Part shown: positions 39,117 through 49,048 of the stretch, piece by piece
Numbering within the stretch: the first letter of the stretch is position 1
Layout of the letters: each line of letters begins with the position of its first letter
Assembly: GCA_963676795.2 (NCBI GenBank)
Contig: CAXXTB010000002.1
Coordinates: 448,001 to 512,000 of the forward strand
Reading direction: 5' to 3'
Length of the DNA: 64,000 bases
DNA from: Geopsychrobacteraceae bacterium
Lineage (GTDB): Bacteria; Desulfobacterota; Desulfuromonadia; Desulfuromonadales; Geopsychrobacteraceae
Notes under the pieces: model-generated
Told to the model about the DNA's origin: nothing
Database searches by the model: none
What the model saw: the letters and a program-made list of their open reading frames with translations, nothing else
Translations under genes and position numbers: made by a program

Positions 39117-39437
39117 TTAAGCATCAAGTTCGATTTCTAGATTCAACAGGGCGGAACTCAGCGACTTGCCGTGGGTATCCAGGGCCAAAGACGATGTGAC
39201 GCCGCCACAGAGGGCTTTTTTCAGGACGAAGTTGAAGCTTGAAATTTGCGGCATTTCGTAGCGAACAACCTCTCCTTTGGCGAGGTTCTCAAAATGCTTC
39301 CTGACGACCTCTGCTGTGACTTTTTCCTTAAGTTGTGCATAGTCACTTTCATTGTAAGGGATCAGGGAGATATTAGACGTGTCTCCCTTATCGCCGGTTC
39401 TTGCATGTGCCAGTTGCCAGAGTTTGATTGTCGCCAT
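39117..39437 (-). CDS. AtuA-related small protein (AtuA C-terminal-like domain)
   Basis: AHARTGDKGD...SLALDTHGKSLS; follows the AtuA gene. Confidence 0.85.
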   Translation of the reverse strand: MATIKLWQLAHARTGDKGDTSNISLIPYNESDYAQLKEKVTAEVVRKHFENLAKGEVVRYEMPQISSFNFVLKKALCGGVTSSLALDTHGKSLSSALLNLEIELDA

Positions 39438-39440
39438 GAC

Positions 39441-40796
39441 TTATACCTCCTCGATGACTAATTGCGGAACGGTAAGGTCGCGTGGAATGAAGGCGGACAT
39501 AACAGCGACAATCTCCCGAGTGGCTTTTGTTGCACCACCACCTCCTGCCGGTCCATTGGTGTACAAGGTTTCGACTTCACGACCGATCAGTGCGGCATCT
39601 TTGAGGTTTGCCGTTTTTGCCGCAACGCGCATAACCACTTCATAGGGCTCGAAGTTGTCCAGATCTGAAGCTTCGCGATGCAGTGAGTTGACACCGACCA
39701 GGTCAAAGCGAATTTCAGAATAATTGGCGCCGATGATCTCAAGGCGTTCCTTGACCGTTTCGATCGCCAGTTTAGCGCGGGCAACGGCTCCTGGCCCTGC
39801 ATAGCCGATGGAGCCTTCGCCGATATAACCACCGTGATAACCGATGCTGACCTTTAACTGGTCCGGCCTCTGCTCACCGTTGCCGCCGCTGATCTGGACT
39901 CTGTCTTTGTCGATCTGTTCAAAACGGACCTGGGAAAAATCCGCCTTGACGTCAGGGGTCATGTAGCAGGTCGGGTCGTGGATCTCGTAGATCAGTTGTT
40001 CTTTGCAGGTCGAGGTATCGACCTTGCCGCCGGCGGCTTCCAGCTTTGTGACAACAGCATCTCCGTTGCTACTGACTTCCATGTAGGGAAAACCCAGTCG
40101 GGCAAAGTTCGGGACATCCTTCTTGCCGGGCTCGGCATAGTAGCCACCGGTGATTTGACCGCCACACTCAAGCAGGTGGCCAATGACGGTTCCTTTGCCG
40201 AGCAGTGGCCAGTCCTGCAAGTCCCAGCCAAACTCATGAATCAGCGGTGCCAGAAACAAGGCCGGATCGGAGACACGGCCGGTGATCACCACATCCGCGC
40301 CCTGTTCAAGGGCTGGAAGAATGCTTTCAACGCCCAGGTAAGCATTGGCGGAGACAATGTTATCCAGTGACTCGCTCAAAGGTTTTCCTGTCTCAAGCAA
40401 ATCCGGATCAAGCTTCTTGATCGGTTCTGCGACGTCATCACCGAAAACGGCTGCAATCTTCAGTCCTTTGAGATTGTGCTTGCGGGCGATCTCCAGGGTT
40501 TTGGCCAAGGCGGCTTGCGGGTTGGCTGCGCCCATATTGGTAATGAGTTTGACCTTGTTTGCATAGCACAGTGGCAGAATACGCTCCATCCGCTCTTCAA
40601 GCAGAGGGTCATAACCCAGCTGCGGATTATTTTTTTTTCTCAGTTGGGCCAAAGCGATGGTTCTTTCGGCCAGACACTCAAAGCTGATGTAATCAAGTCT
40701 ATTGCTTCTGACCAGTTCTTCTGCTGGTTCTATCCGGTCACCCGAATATCCCGCTCCAGAACCGATGAATATTGTTTTCTTCTGTTGTCCTGACAT
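39441..40796 (-). CDS. Acyclic terpene utilization AtuA family protein
   Basis: GYSGDR, ECLAERT, ANAYLG, GHLLECG, EQLIYEIHDP and NGPAGGGG. Confidence 0.9.
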   Translation of the reverse strand: MSGQQKKTIFIGSGAGYSGDRIEPAEELVRSNRLDYISFECLAERTIALAQLRKKNNPQLGYDPLLEERMERILPLCYANKVKLITNMGAANPQAALAKTLEIARKHNLKGLKIAAVFGDDVAEPIKKLDPDLLETGKPLSESLDNIVSANAYLGVESILPALEQGADVVITGRVSDPALFLAPLIHEFGWDLQDWPLLGKGTVIGHLLECGGQITGGYYAEPGKKDVPNFARLGFPYMEVSSNGDAVVTKLEAAGGKVDTSTCKEQLIYEIHDPTCYMTPDVKADFSQVRFEQIDKDRVQISGGNGEQRPDQLKVSIGYHGGYIGEGSIGYAGPGAVARAKLAIETVKERLEIIGANYSEIRFDLVGVNSLHREASDLDNFEPYEVVMRVAAKTANLKDAALIGREVETLYTNGPAGGGGATKATREIVAVMSAFIPRDLTVPQLVIEEV

Positions 40797-40818
40797 TGAA
40801 TCTACTCCTGTCTTTTTA

Positions 40819-42117
40819 CTAAAGCGTTATCGCACCGATCAGGACGGCGACAACTGTCATGACGATGGTCACGAGGAAGGCCAGCGGAATGGTCTTTTTC
40901 TGATGATCTCCCAAGTCGACCCCGGCGAGGCCGATCAGCAGGAAGGTTGAACCGGTCAACGGGCTGACCGGGAAACCTGTTGTCATCTGACCAAGGATTG
41001 CCGCCCTGGCAATCTCGACACCTGCGACACCAAAGGCTTCAGCGGCAGAGGCAAGAACCGGCAGGACGCCAAAGTAATAGGAATCGGGATCGAACAGCAG
41101 GCTTGCAGGCATCGAGGTTACCGCCGTCATGATCGGCAAATGCCCTCCGACACTGTGTGGGATGAAGGTCACCAGAACTTCGGCCAGTTCTTTGATCATG
41201 CCGGACCCTTTCAGTATCCCGGTAAAGATACCTGCAGCGAAAATGATGGAAATCATCAGAATGGCAGCCTGGCCATGAGCTGTAACGCGGTCCTGCTGCA
41301 TCTTGACATTAGGGTAGTTTACGAGCAGAGCCAGGGCCAGGCCGACGACAAAGACTGCCGGCAGCGGCAGGATCCCCTTGACCAGACAGACAATGGCGAG
41401 AACGGTCAGAATCAGATTGAACAAGAACAGTTTAGGCCGTTTCAGTTCAGAATTATCGTCGAAAAGGTGCTCGTCAAGATTGATCTGGACGTCGCCGGAT
41501 AACTGGCCGATACGTTGTTTTTCGCGCCGGCCGAGCCAGTAGGCGATGACCAGAACACACAGCACGCCAGCGGCAAATGCCGGAGCGACCGGATTAAACA
41601 GATCCTTCATTTCCAGGTGAAGTGAAGTTGCCGCCCGCAGTGTTGGTCCGCCCCAGGGCACGACATTCATCGTTCCCGCACCAAGCGCAGCGATACAGGC
41701 CAGTACCTTGCGATCGATCTGCAGCTTGTCGTAGATCGGCAACATGGCAGGAATACAGACGAGAAAGGTCGATGCACCCGAGCCGTCCAGGTGGGCAACC
41801 ATGGCGATCAGTGCCGTACCTATGGTGATCTTGATTGGATCCTTTCCGCCGAAGCGGATGATACCCTTGATGATCGGGTCGAACATCCCTGCGTCATTCA
41901 TGACGCTAAAGTAAAGAATGGCGAAGGTCAGCATAATACCGGTCGGCGCGACACCTTTCAGGCCGGTCAGCATATGCTTGCCCAGATCAGGACCAAGGCC
42001 GGCGAACAGACCGAAGATGATCGGAACTCCGACCAGGGCGACGATGACCGATGTCCGTTTGGTCATAACGAGAACAAGAAGTACTGCAATAATGCAGAAT
42101 CCCCAGAACGCTAACAT
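40819..42117 (-). CDS. CitMHS-family citrate/carboxylate:H+ symporter
   Basis: Multiple TMs, [17 protein letters not shown] and YYFGVLP. Confidence 0.9.
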   Translation of the reverse strand: MLAFWGFCIIAVLLVLVMTKRTSVIVALVGVPIIFGLFAGLGPDLGKHMLTGLKGVAPTGIMLTFAILYFSVMNDAGMFDPIIKGIIRFGGKDPIKITIGTALIAMVAHLDGSGASTFLVCIPAMLPIYDKLQIDRKVLACIAALGAGTMNVVPWGGPTLRAATSLHLEMKDLFNPVAPAFAAGVLCVLVIAYWLGRREKQRIGQLSGDVQINLDEHLFDDNSELKRPKLFLFNLILTVLAIVCLVKGILPLPAVFVVGLALALLVNYPNVKMQQDRVTAHGQAAILMISIIFAAGIFTGILKGSGMIKELAEVLVTFIPHSVGGHLPIMTAVTSMPASLLFDPDSYYFGVLPVLASAAEAFGVAGVEIARAAILGQMTTGFPVSPLTGSTFLLIGLAGVDLGDHQKKTIPLAFLVTIVMTVVAVLIGAITL

Positions 42118-42195
42118 ATGAACCTCCTTTGTTCGTTGGCGTTAGCAGATACGATGAAACCTTCGTATCGAAGTGGCAGTGCTGGCCAACATAAG

Positions 42196-42212
42196 AGCAA
42201 TGTCAGTGCCAA
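42196..42212 (-). promoter_or_regulatory. Sigma-54 (-24/-12) promoter of the CitMHS-atuA unit
   Basis: Minus strand reads TTGGCAC-TGACA-TTGCT (GG-N10-GC), about 80 bp upstream of the ATG and next to a sigma-54 activator gene. Confidence 0.85.
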
Positions 42213-42274
42213 AATAATTATACTTGTAATTTCAGTATGTTGGAGTTTTACCCGCTGTTTTTTGGATCTGCTTG

Positions 42275-42387
42275 TTCTCAAATATGAGAAGAGGGGCAGG
42301 GCGATTTTGCTAAAAACCGCTTGGATATGGTGTTTATTGTGTTTCTCAGAAATGAGAAAAAAGGTCATGTTTCTCACTTTTGAGAAA
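42275..42387. promoter_or_regulatory. Three palindromic upstream activator sites TTCTCA-N4-TGAGAA
   Basis: Copies at 42275-42290, 42343-42358 and 42371-42386, upstream of the sigma-54 promoter. Confidence 0.8.
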
Positions 42388-43773
42388 CTATCCTTCCAGT
42401 TTTCTGTAGAATGTCGCCAGTGAGATGCCCAGGGAATTGCAGATTCTCTTCTTGCTTTCCAGTGAATGGCCCTCGCTGGTCAGCAGATTCTGCAGAATCT
42501 GCTGTTCGAATGCTCTGACCTGTTCCGCCAAAGGCTGCATGGAGACGGTGCGCACCGCCTGCAGGTAAGGAAAGGCTTTCAGTCGTTCCGGGAGGTGCTC
42601 CGGGGTGATGACTGTTTCGCGGTTCACAACATTGCAGATGTACTCAATGATATTTTTGAGTTCACGAATATTTCCCGGCCAGTCATAGGCCAGAAACATC
42701 TGTTTCACCTCGTCAGAAAAGACATACTGGCTATTTTCAGAATAATCGTGCATCAAGGACAGGCCGAGTTCGACAATATCCTCTTTTCGTTCTCTTAAGG
42801 GGGGGACATTTAGCTGGAAGACATTGAGTCGATAGAATAAATCTTCTCTGAATCGTCCTTTTTTGACCATCTGCTCAAGGTCCTGATTTGTTGCGGCGAT
42901 AATACGTACATCGTACTCACGCTCTTCAAGCTCACCGACTCTGCGGACTTTCTGTTCCTGAAGAATCCGCAGTATCTTGGCCTGCACATCGAAATGCAGA
43001 TCGCCGATTTCATCAAGAAACAATGTCCCCTTGTCGGCCATTTGGAACAGCCCGAGTTTGCCGCCGCGCTTGGCTCCGGTAAAGGCTCCTTCCGCGTAAC
43101 CGAACAGCTCACTTTCCAGCAGGACATGAGGAATGGCGGCACAGTTCACCGGTACGAACGGCCCGTGCTTGCGCAGGCTGGCCGCATGGATCCCCTGGGC
43201 AAGCAGCTCTTTTCCTGTACCGCTTTCGCCGAGAATAAGAATGTTGGCTTCTCCCAGAGCGGCTCGTTCCGCCAGAGATATGGTCTGATTGAATTTGGCG
43301 GATTTCCCCTTGAGTTGATTGAGTTGAAATTTTGCCCGGAAGAAATTGGCAACTGTTCCCTGCAGGCGTTTCAGTGAAGTTTCAGCTTCTTTCAGGGCTT
43401 CTGACAGCCTTTTTATTTCCGTGATGTTTTTTACAATTGAAATGCCCCCGACAATTTCATTGTCGATGATGATTGGTGCCATATCGACAACATAACGGGC
43501 CTCTCCAACTTCACGGTAGACACCGGACAGAGGTTTCCCGGTCCTGATGACCGACGGCAGCATCGCTCCAGGTCTGACCTCGGAAATATTGCGGTGCAGC
43601 AGCTCTTCCGGCGGGACATCGACGATCCGGCAATATTCCGGATTTGTAAACTGAATAATTTCATTTTTGTCGGCGACCAGAACCCCATCGTGGATCGCAT
43701 TGAGAATGGAAAGGGAAAGCTCGTCCATATTGTTCTGAAATGAAAATTTGATACTGTCTTTTTTTCCCTGCAT
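42388..43773 (-). CDS. PAS-domain sigma-54-dependent Fis-family activator
   Basis: GESGTGKE, GAFTGA, FLDEIG, WPGNIREL and C-terminal HTH. Confidence 0.95.
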   Translation of the reverse strand: MQGKKDSIKFSFQNNMDELSLSILNAIHDGVLVADKNEIIQFTNPEYCRIVDVPPEELLHRNISEVRPGAMLPSVIRTGKPLSGVYREVGEARYVVDMAPIIIDNEIVGGISIVKNITEIKRLSEALKEAETSLKRLQGTVANFFRAKFQLNQLKGKSAKFNQTISLAERAALGEANILILGESGTGKELLAQGIHAASLRKHGPFVPVNCAAIPHVLLESELFGYAEGAFTGAKRGGKLGLFQMADKGTLFLDEIGDLHFDVQAKILRILQEQKVRRVGELEEREYDVRIIAATNQDLEQMVKKGRFREDLFYRLNVFQLNVPPLRERKEDIVELGLSLMHDYSENSQYVFSDEVKQMFLAYDWPGNIRELKNIIEYICNVVNRETVITPEHLPERLKAFPYLQAVRTVSMQPLAEQVRAFEQQILQNLLTSEGHSLESKKRICNSLGISLATFYRKLEG

Positions 43774-44088
43774 CGCAATCCTCTCTTCAGAACCAGACTA
43801 ATAAGAAAAAATACGAATCAGATAGATGCTAAGGTTTCTTGAGGTTAAGTAATGTAATATAGCGTGACTAAGATCGTTGCGTAAATTTACCAAAAAAATC
43901 AAGGAGAGAATCCTCTTGATGGATTGCAGGTGTAGATGAAGTGTTCCTTGATTCGGCTTTAAAGCTTGGAAACGTTGGAAGAGAAAATACGAAATGTCCC
44001 GATTTGGCCAATCCAAGATATTTTTGTTTGAGAGTTGTTATGGGGGGACGCTATTACACTGTTCCCTAAACAGTTTTCTACTCAGAAA

Positions 44089-45711
44089 TCAATGCCCCTG
44101 AAAATTTTCGTAGGCACTTTTTCCCGCTTTTTTAGCACCGTACAGTGCTATATCGGCTTTTTTGAACAGCTCGCCGAAGTTCTCATCCTCGCCGTCTATG
44201 GCAATACCGATACTGACCGAAATCCTGGTTTTGGGAAACTTCCGGGCAACCTTTTCTTCAAATCCCGCCAGTAGCTGTTTCGCGAACTGTTCCGGGATGC
44301 TGGTGTCTGTAATGTCCTGAAGGATGATAGCGAATTCATCTCCGCCAAGGCGGAACATGGCCTCAGCGGGAAACATCTGCTGCAGTAGTTCGGCGAAGGC
44401 AATCAGGACCCGGTCCCCTTCATCATGGCCGAACTGGTCATTGACTTCCTTGAAGTTGTCCAGATCTGCGAGGAGCAGAGCGGTATCCGGCCGCAGCGGG
44501 GTTTTGCGCATGAAGTCCTGCAGGCTGCGCCTGTTATTCAGTTTTGTCAGGAAATCTGTGTTTGCGTCGCTAAGTAGCCTGTTCTTCTGGTGATGCTCAA
44601 GGGTGATATCGATGAATAGATAGATATGACCAGCGAGTACACCAAAGATATCCAGCAGCCTTTCATCGTGAAGTTTCAGAATTTTGTTTTTCGAAAGAAG
44701 CAGGGTGGTTTCTTCTTCCCGTTCTATTAGCCATCTCTTGCTTTTGGTGAAGGTTTTTGTTTCATCAAGGAACGAATTGACGTTCTTGCCGATCAGTTCC
44801 GTTCGGTCCAGGATGAAAATGTCGATGAACTTTTGATTCACATTGGTGATGTTTCTGTCCTTGTCTGTCACCATGACGGCAAAAGGCAAGCTTTCAATCA
44901 GGATATTCAGTTCGATCATCAGGTTTTGCAGGTCGGTGACATCGTGGGCAATGCCGACCGTACCGATGACATCTCCATCGCTATCGAAGATCGGTGATTT
45001 GTAGGTTTTGAATTTACGGAGTTCATTGCCACATTTCACGGTTTCGTCAAACAGACAGGTTGCCTTTTTGTTGAGAACAATCTCTTCCGATTCCAGGCAA
45101 ATGTATTCTCCCTGGGCATATTCATCTGGCTCAATGTCCCAGATGTAGTAATGACCACGTCCTTCGATCTGGTCTTTGCTCTTATTGACCACCCGGCAAA
45201 AGCTTTTGTTGATCTTCAGGTGTGATCCCCGTGCATCTTTGAACCAGATCAAGTCGGGCAGGCTGTCGATCAGAGTATCCAGATATTTTTGGATAAGAGT
45301 GGCATCTTCGTGTTCTTTAAGGCGTTTCAGGATGCCGGAAAAAGAGGCGTGGACCTTGTCTTTGCATAACGGTTCGATCCAGACCTGATTGAAAAGCTGA
45401 TAATTATCAGCCAGGACAGGCAGGCTGTCGGTTGAAAAATAACCAACCAAAACAGCCTCTTTATCCTTGCCTTTATTGATTACGCTTATCAAATCAGCAT
45501 TGATACATGTGAAGTCGAGGACAATGATCGCGAAGTCTTTTAACCTGCTCGCGTCGACAACGGGAGAACAGAAAAAACGGTGTGAGAACCTTTCCTGTGG
45601 TGGAACATTCCGGAGCAGGGTTTCTAACTGAGGGTTCCGGGTGGCAACCAAGATTTTCAATAAGCGGTGATACACATTCAATTCCTTCGCTAACCTGGAA
45701 TCGATTTTCAT
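44089..45711 (-). CDS. PAS-PAS-GGDEF diguanylate cyclase
   Basis: Two PAS-like regions; DLDNFKEVND-x-FGH and an intact RLGGDEF. Confidence 0.92.
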   Translation of the reverse strand: MKIDSRLAKELNVYHRLLKILVATRNPQLETLLRNVPPQERFSHRFFCSPVVDASRLKDFAIIVLDFTCINADLISVINKGKDKEAVLVGYFSTDSLPVLADNYQLFNQVWIEPLCKDKVHASFSGILKRLKEHEDATLIQKYLDTLIDSLPDLIWFKDARGSHLKINKSFCRVVNKSKDQIEGRGHYYIWDIEPDEYAQGEYICLESEEIVLNKKATCLFDETVKCGNELRKFKTYKSPIFDSDGDVIGTVGIAHDVTDLQNLMIELNILIESLPFAVMVTDKDRNITNVNQKFIDIFILDRTELIGKNVNSFLDETKTFTKSKRWLIEREEETTLLLSKNKILKLHDERLLDIFGVLAGHIYLFIDITLEHHQKNRLLSDANTDFLTKLNNRRSLQDFMRKTPLRPDTALLLADLDNFKEVNDQFGHDEGDRVLIAFAELLQQMFPAEAMFRLGGDEFAIILQDITDTSIPEQFAKQLLAGFEEKVARKFPKTRISVSIGIAIDGEDENFGELFKKADIALYGAKKAGKSAYENFQGH

Positions 45712-46005
45712 GCTCCTGAGCTGAACTTCCGTAGCGTTGTGGATGAGCAGTGTATTATCGATCCTGCTATCTCTCCCGGAGAGTCGTGTTGAGAGAAGTA
45801 TAGCTAATTTATTGAGATTTAGCAGGGATGAATTTTCTTTTTCGGGGATCGGCGAAGGTCTTTTCTGGCGCGAAAAATAGTTTCCGTTATTCTTTCTGAG
45901 GCGGCCAGGGCGTTGCCTTGCTGGGCGAACGCTGCTTGACGGTACGTGGCCCCCGCTGGGTACAGAGGCCGTTTCGTCTTTGAATCCATGTCAGAAACAG
46001 CCCGG

Positions 46006-48774
46006 TCAGTCCAGGCACTTACGGAGTGTCTGTTCAAGCTCCGCGAAGCTGTAAGGTTTAACGACCCTGGCGATGAAACCATATTCTGCGTAGTGTGACA
46101 TGATCGGGTCATTGGCATAGCCGCTGGAGACAATAATTCTTGACTCTTTATCAAGGGCCTGAATGGCTTTTGCCGTTTCGAGCCCGCCGATATCTCCCGG
46201 CAGGGTCAGGTCGGTAATGACGATGTCGTAACGAGCGTCGTTGAGTGCGTCTGCATAGAACTGAATCGCTTCATGTCCCCGCTCAGCATGGGTAACGCTG
46301 TGCCCCATTTCTTCCAGCATGCTGCCCAACATCTGGCGGATCATCTCTTCGTCGTCCAGAATCAGAATCTTCAGCTTTTGCTGTGATGCGTTCCCTGCAA
46401 GCTCAGGCGGTGTCGATGGGGGTATTTCTGCCGTGACCGTCGGCAATAACATCGTGAAGGTCGTACCGAGCCCGGGGACGGAATCGACCATGATCTGCCC
46501 CTTGTGTTTGCTGATGATCGAATAGCAGGTGGCTAATCCCAGGCCACTGCCTTCGGTTTTCGTTGTGAAGTACGGATCGAATATCTTATCCAGCAGTTCA
46601 GGTTCAATCCCTTCCCCCTGATCCTGGACCAGCAAGCGAACCCAGTTGGTGTTTTTCTGGGAAAAGTTTTCCGCATTGATTGAGATCTTGCCCCCTTCAG
46701 GCATGGCCTGTTTGGCGTTGATCACCAGGTTGCTGATGACCTGACTGAGTTGCCCCTTGTCCGCATCAACCATCCATAAGTCCGGAGCGATCTGTAATTG
46801 CAGTCGCACATTGCTGCCGCGCAGGCAAAAGCGTGCCGTTTCATCAATCAGTTCGGCCAGAGACAGTGCCTCCCTGATCGGATCGCCGCCTTTGGCAAAG
46901 GTCAGTAACTGTTTGGTCAGACTCGTCGCCCGCTCCATCGCTTTGCAGGCGGAAACGATATACCTGTAGGCCCCGCTTTCACTATTCAGATGCCTTTTGG
47001 CCATTTCGATATTGCCGAACAGGCCGGCCAGCAGGTTGTTGAAGTCATGGGCAATACCGCCGGCAAGGACGCCAATCGATTCCAGCTTGCGCAGCCGCAG
47101 AATTTCGTCTTCAGCCTTTTTCCGCTCTGTCAGGTCAACAATGATTCCGCACATGCCGATCATCTGGTCGTCGGAGCGCATAACCACGCTGTGAAACAAG
47201 GCCGGAAAAGAAGAACCGTCTTTTCTGAGACAGTTATATTCACTTCGGCCATGTGCTTCACCGGCCATAATCTGCCGGATCGATTTTGCTGCCCGCGGTA
47301 AATCTTCAGGAACGATAAGAGACTTGATCTGCAGGCCGGCCTTGATGTCGTTTTCATCATAACCGAACAGCTCATGTGCTCTCTGGTTGGCATAGGTGAT
47401 CAGCAGATGACTGTCAGCTTCATAGACGGCCTCGGGAAGTAGCTCCGTCAACTCTCTGAAGCGTGCTTCATTTCTTTTCAGGGTTTCCATGACACTGATT
47501 TTGTCGCGCAGCACGGCATTGGCGCTTTCAGCGATTTGGGCCAATTCCGTGTAATGAATCTCTTCCCGGCTGATTTTCTGGTCTTCCCTGGCAACTTTGT
47601 CGAATGCTGCAACGATAGATTTCAGGTCTCTGTTGATGTTCCTGCTTAAAAAATTGAACAGCAGGATCAGCAGGCCGGAAATCCCGATAGTCAGTATGAT
47701 GCTTGATATGATTGAGGTTATTCTGTTCTTGAAGATTCCCTTTTCAAGCAGGGTGATGTTTTTTTCAACCTCATCGAGATAAACTCCGGCCCCAACCAGC
47801 CAGTTGAGCTCTGGCAGGCCGTAAATAAAGGAGGCTTTGGGAAAGTTAAGGTCAGGAGCAGAAGGTTTGTTGAAGCTGTAATAGATGAAGTCTCCCTCTG
47901 GTTTTAAGGCGGCCCGGTATTCCTGATCGAAAATTGCCCGCATTTTTTCCGGATCTTCGTTGAATTCCTCCCAGAGTTTATTTTCACCGGACAACCGTTT
48001 TCCACTGGAAACCAGGGCATTTCCATCAAGGGTGTTGATGAAAATATAACCATCGTTTCCGAAGCGAATCTTTGCAATGGCCGATAACAGCTTATTGGTT
48101 ATCTGGTGCTCAATGTCTTCATAATAGAGCCCTGTGCCGATAAAGCAGTCAAGCGGAGGGAAGTACTTGAGGTACGAGATCTTCTGGTGATTTTTCCCCC
48201 GGCTGTTCGGCCTGGACCATGGGTATTCATAAAAGCCTTCACCTGCATTGCGCGCAATATCGATCATTTCACGGATAATGAATCGACCCCGGCTGTCCTG
48301 CAGATCGAGCATGTTGGTTCCTTCGAACTGAGGTCGATCGGCAAAAAGTATTTCCAGCCCGTCAAGTCTGGTCATAAAGTAGTAACCCAGGTCTTCAGTG
48401 CCATAGCGAATCGGTCGCAAGGCATCGACTATCATCTCCTGGATTTCAGCCAGGGGTTTGTCGTTGTTGTGTTTCTGAAAAATGTGATTGGCAACTGAAT
48501 AGGCTTCCCGGGTCCTGTTCCTGACTTCCTCACGGGTCTGTTCAACGGTATGCGAACGTTGCTCGTCGATAAGACCGACGACCCTTATGACCTCGCGTTG
48601 GATCATTTCTTTCTGCAATGCGATGTAGTCGGAGCGGGTCAGAGCTGCCTGTGTCTGAAAGAAATGATTGTAGATCAGCGACTGGATAATGATGATGACA
48701 GTTGCGAGAAGAACAAGAGCGACAATTGTGGTCGTTTTAAAAGTCCCGGCCAGTGTGGTGTGTTTTTTCGCCAT
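46006..48774 (-). CDS. Hybrid sensor kinase (tandem Cache, PAS, HisKA/HATPase, REC)
   Basis: Two sCache_2-like repeats, AHDFNN H box, FDPYFTTK, GSGLGL and C-terminal receiver. Confidence 0.93.
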   Translation of the reverse strand: MAKKHTTLAGTFKTTTIVALVLLATVIIIIQSLIYNHFFQTQAALTRSDYIALQKEMIQREVIRVVGLIDEQRSHTVEQTREEVRNRTREAYSVANHIFQKHNNDKPLAEIQEMIVDALRPIRYGTEDLGYYFMTRLDGLEILFADRPQFEGTNMLDLQDSRGRFIIREMIDIARNAGEGFYEYPWSRPNSRGKNHQKISYLKYFPPLDCFIGTGLYYEDIEHQITNKLLSAIAKIRFGNDGYIFINTLDGNALVSSGKRLSGENKLWEEFNEDPEKMRAIFDQEYRAALKPEGDFIYYSFNKPSAPDLNFPKASFIYGLPELNWLVGAGVYLDEVEKNITLLEKGIFKNRITSIISSIILTIGISGLLILLFNFLSRNINRDLKSIVAAFDKVAREDQKISREEIHYTELAQIAESANAVLRDKISVMETLKRNEARFRELTELLPEAVYEADSHLLITYANQRAHELFGYDENDIKAGLQIKSLIVPEDLPRAAKSIRQIMAGEAHGRSEYNCLRKDGSSFPALFHSVVMRSDDQMIGMCGIIVDLTERKKAEDEILRLRKLESIGVLAGGIAHDFNNLLAGLFGNIEMAKRHLNSESGAYRYIVSACKAMERATSLTKQLLTFAKGGDPIREALSLAELIDETARFCLRGSNVRLQLQIAPDLWMVDADKGQLSQVISNLVINAKQAMPEGGKISINAENFSQKNTNWVRLLVQDQGEGIEPELLDKIFDPYFTTKTEGSGLGLATCYSIISKHKGQIMVDSVPGLGTTFTMLLPTVTAEIPPSTPPELAGNASQQKLKILILDDEEMIRQMLGSMLEEMGHSVTHAERGHEAIQFYADALNDARYDIVITDLTLPGDIGGLETAKAIQALDKESRIIVSSGYANDPIMSHYAEYGFIARVVKPYSFAELEQTLRKCLD

Positions 48775-48978
48775 GGTCCTGAATCCGCAGTACTCAGTTA
48801 TTGGGTGAAATTTTTTTTTGTTGTCGAACCTTTATAGATTGACGCTAACCATTAAAAATATGCAACGAATTTAATGTATTTTCGGCGGGTTAATGGTGAC
48901 AGTTACTCTGTCGGGTCTGTTTGCTCATCTGTTCTCAGTATCGTCTTGTTTCAGTCTGTTCCTTGCTCTAAAGTTTAT

Positions 48979-49006
48979 TTGACTTCACCGTGTTTTCGCG
49001 TATAAG
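48979..49006 (+). promoter_or_regulatory. Putative sigma-70 promoter of mgtE
   Basis: TTGACT-N16-TATAAG. Confidence 0.45.
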
Positions 49007-49048
49007 TGCCTTTCAATGACCTCCCCCGGACAATTAAGGATGATGTTT

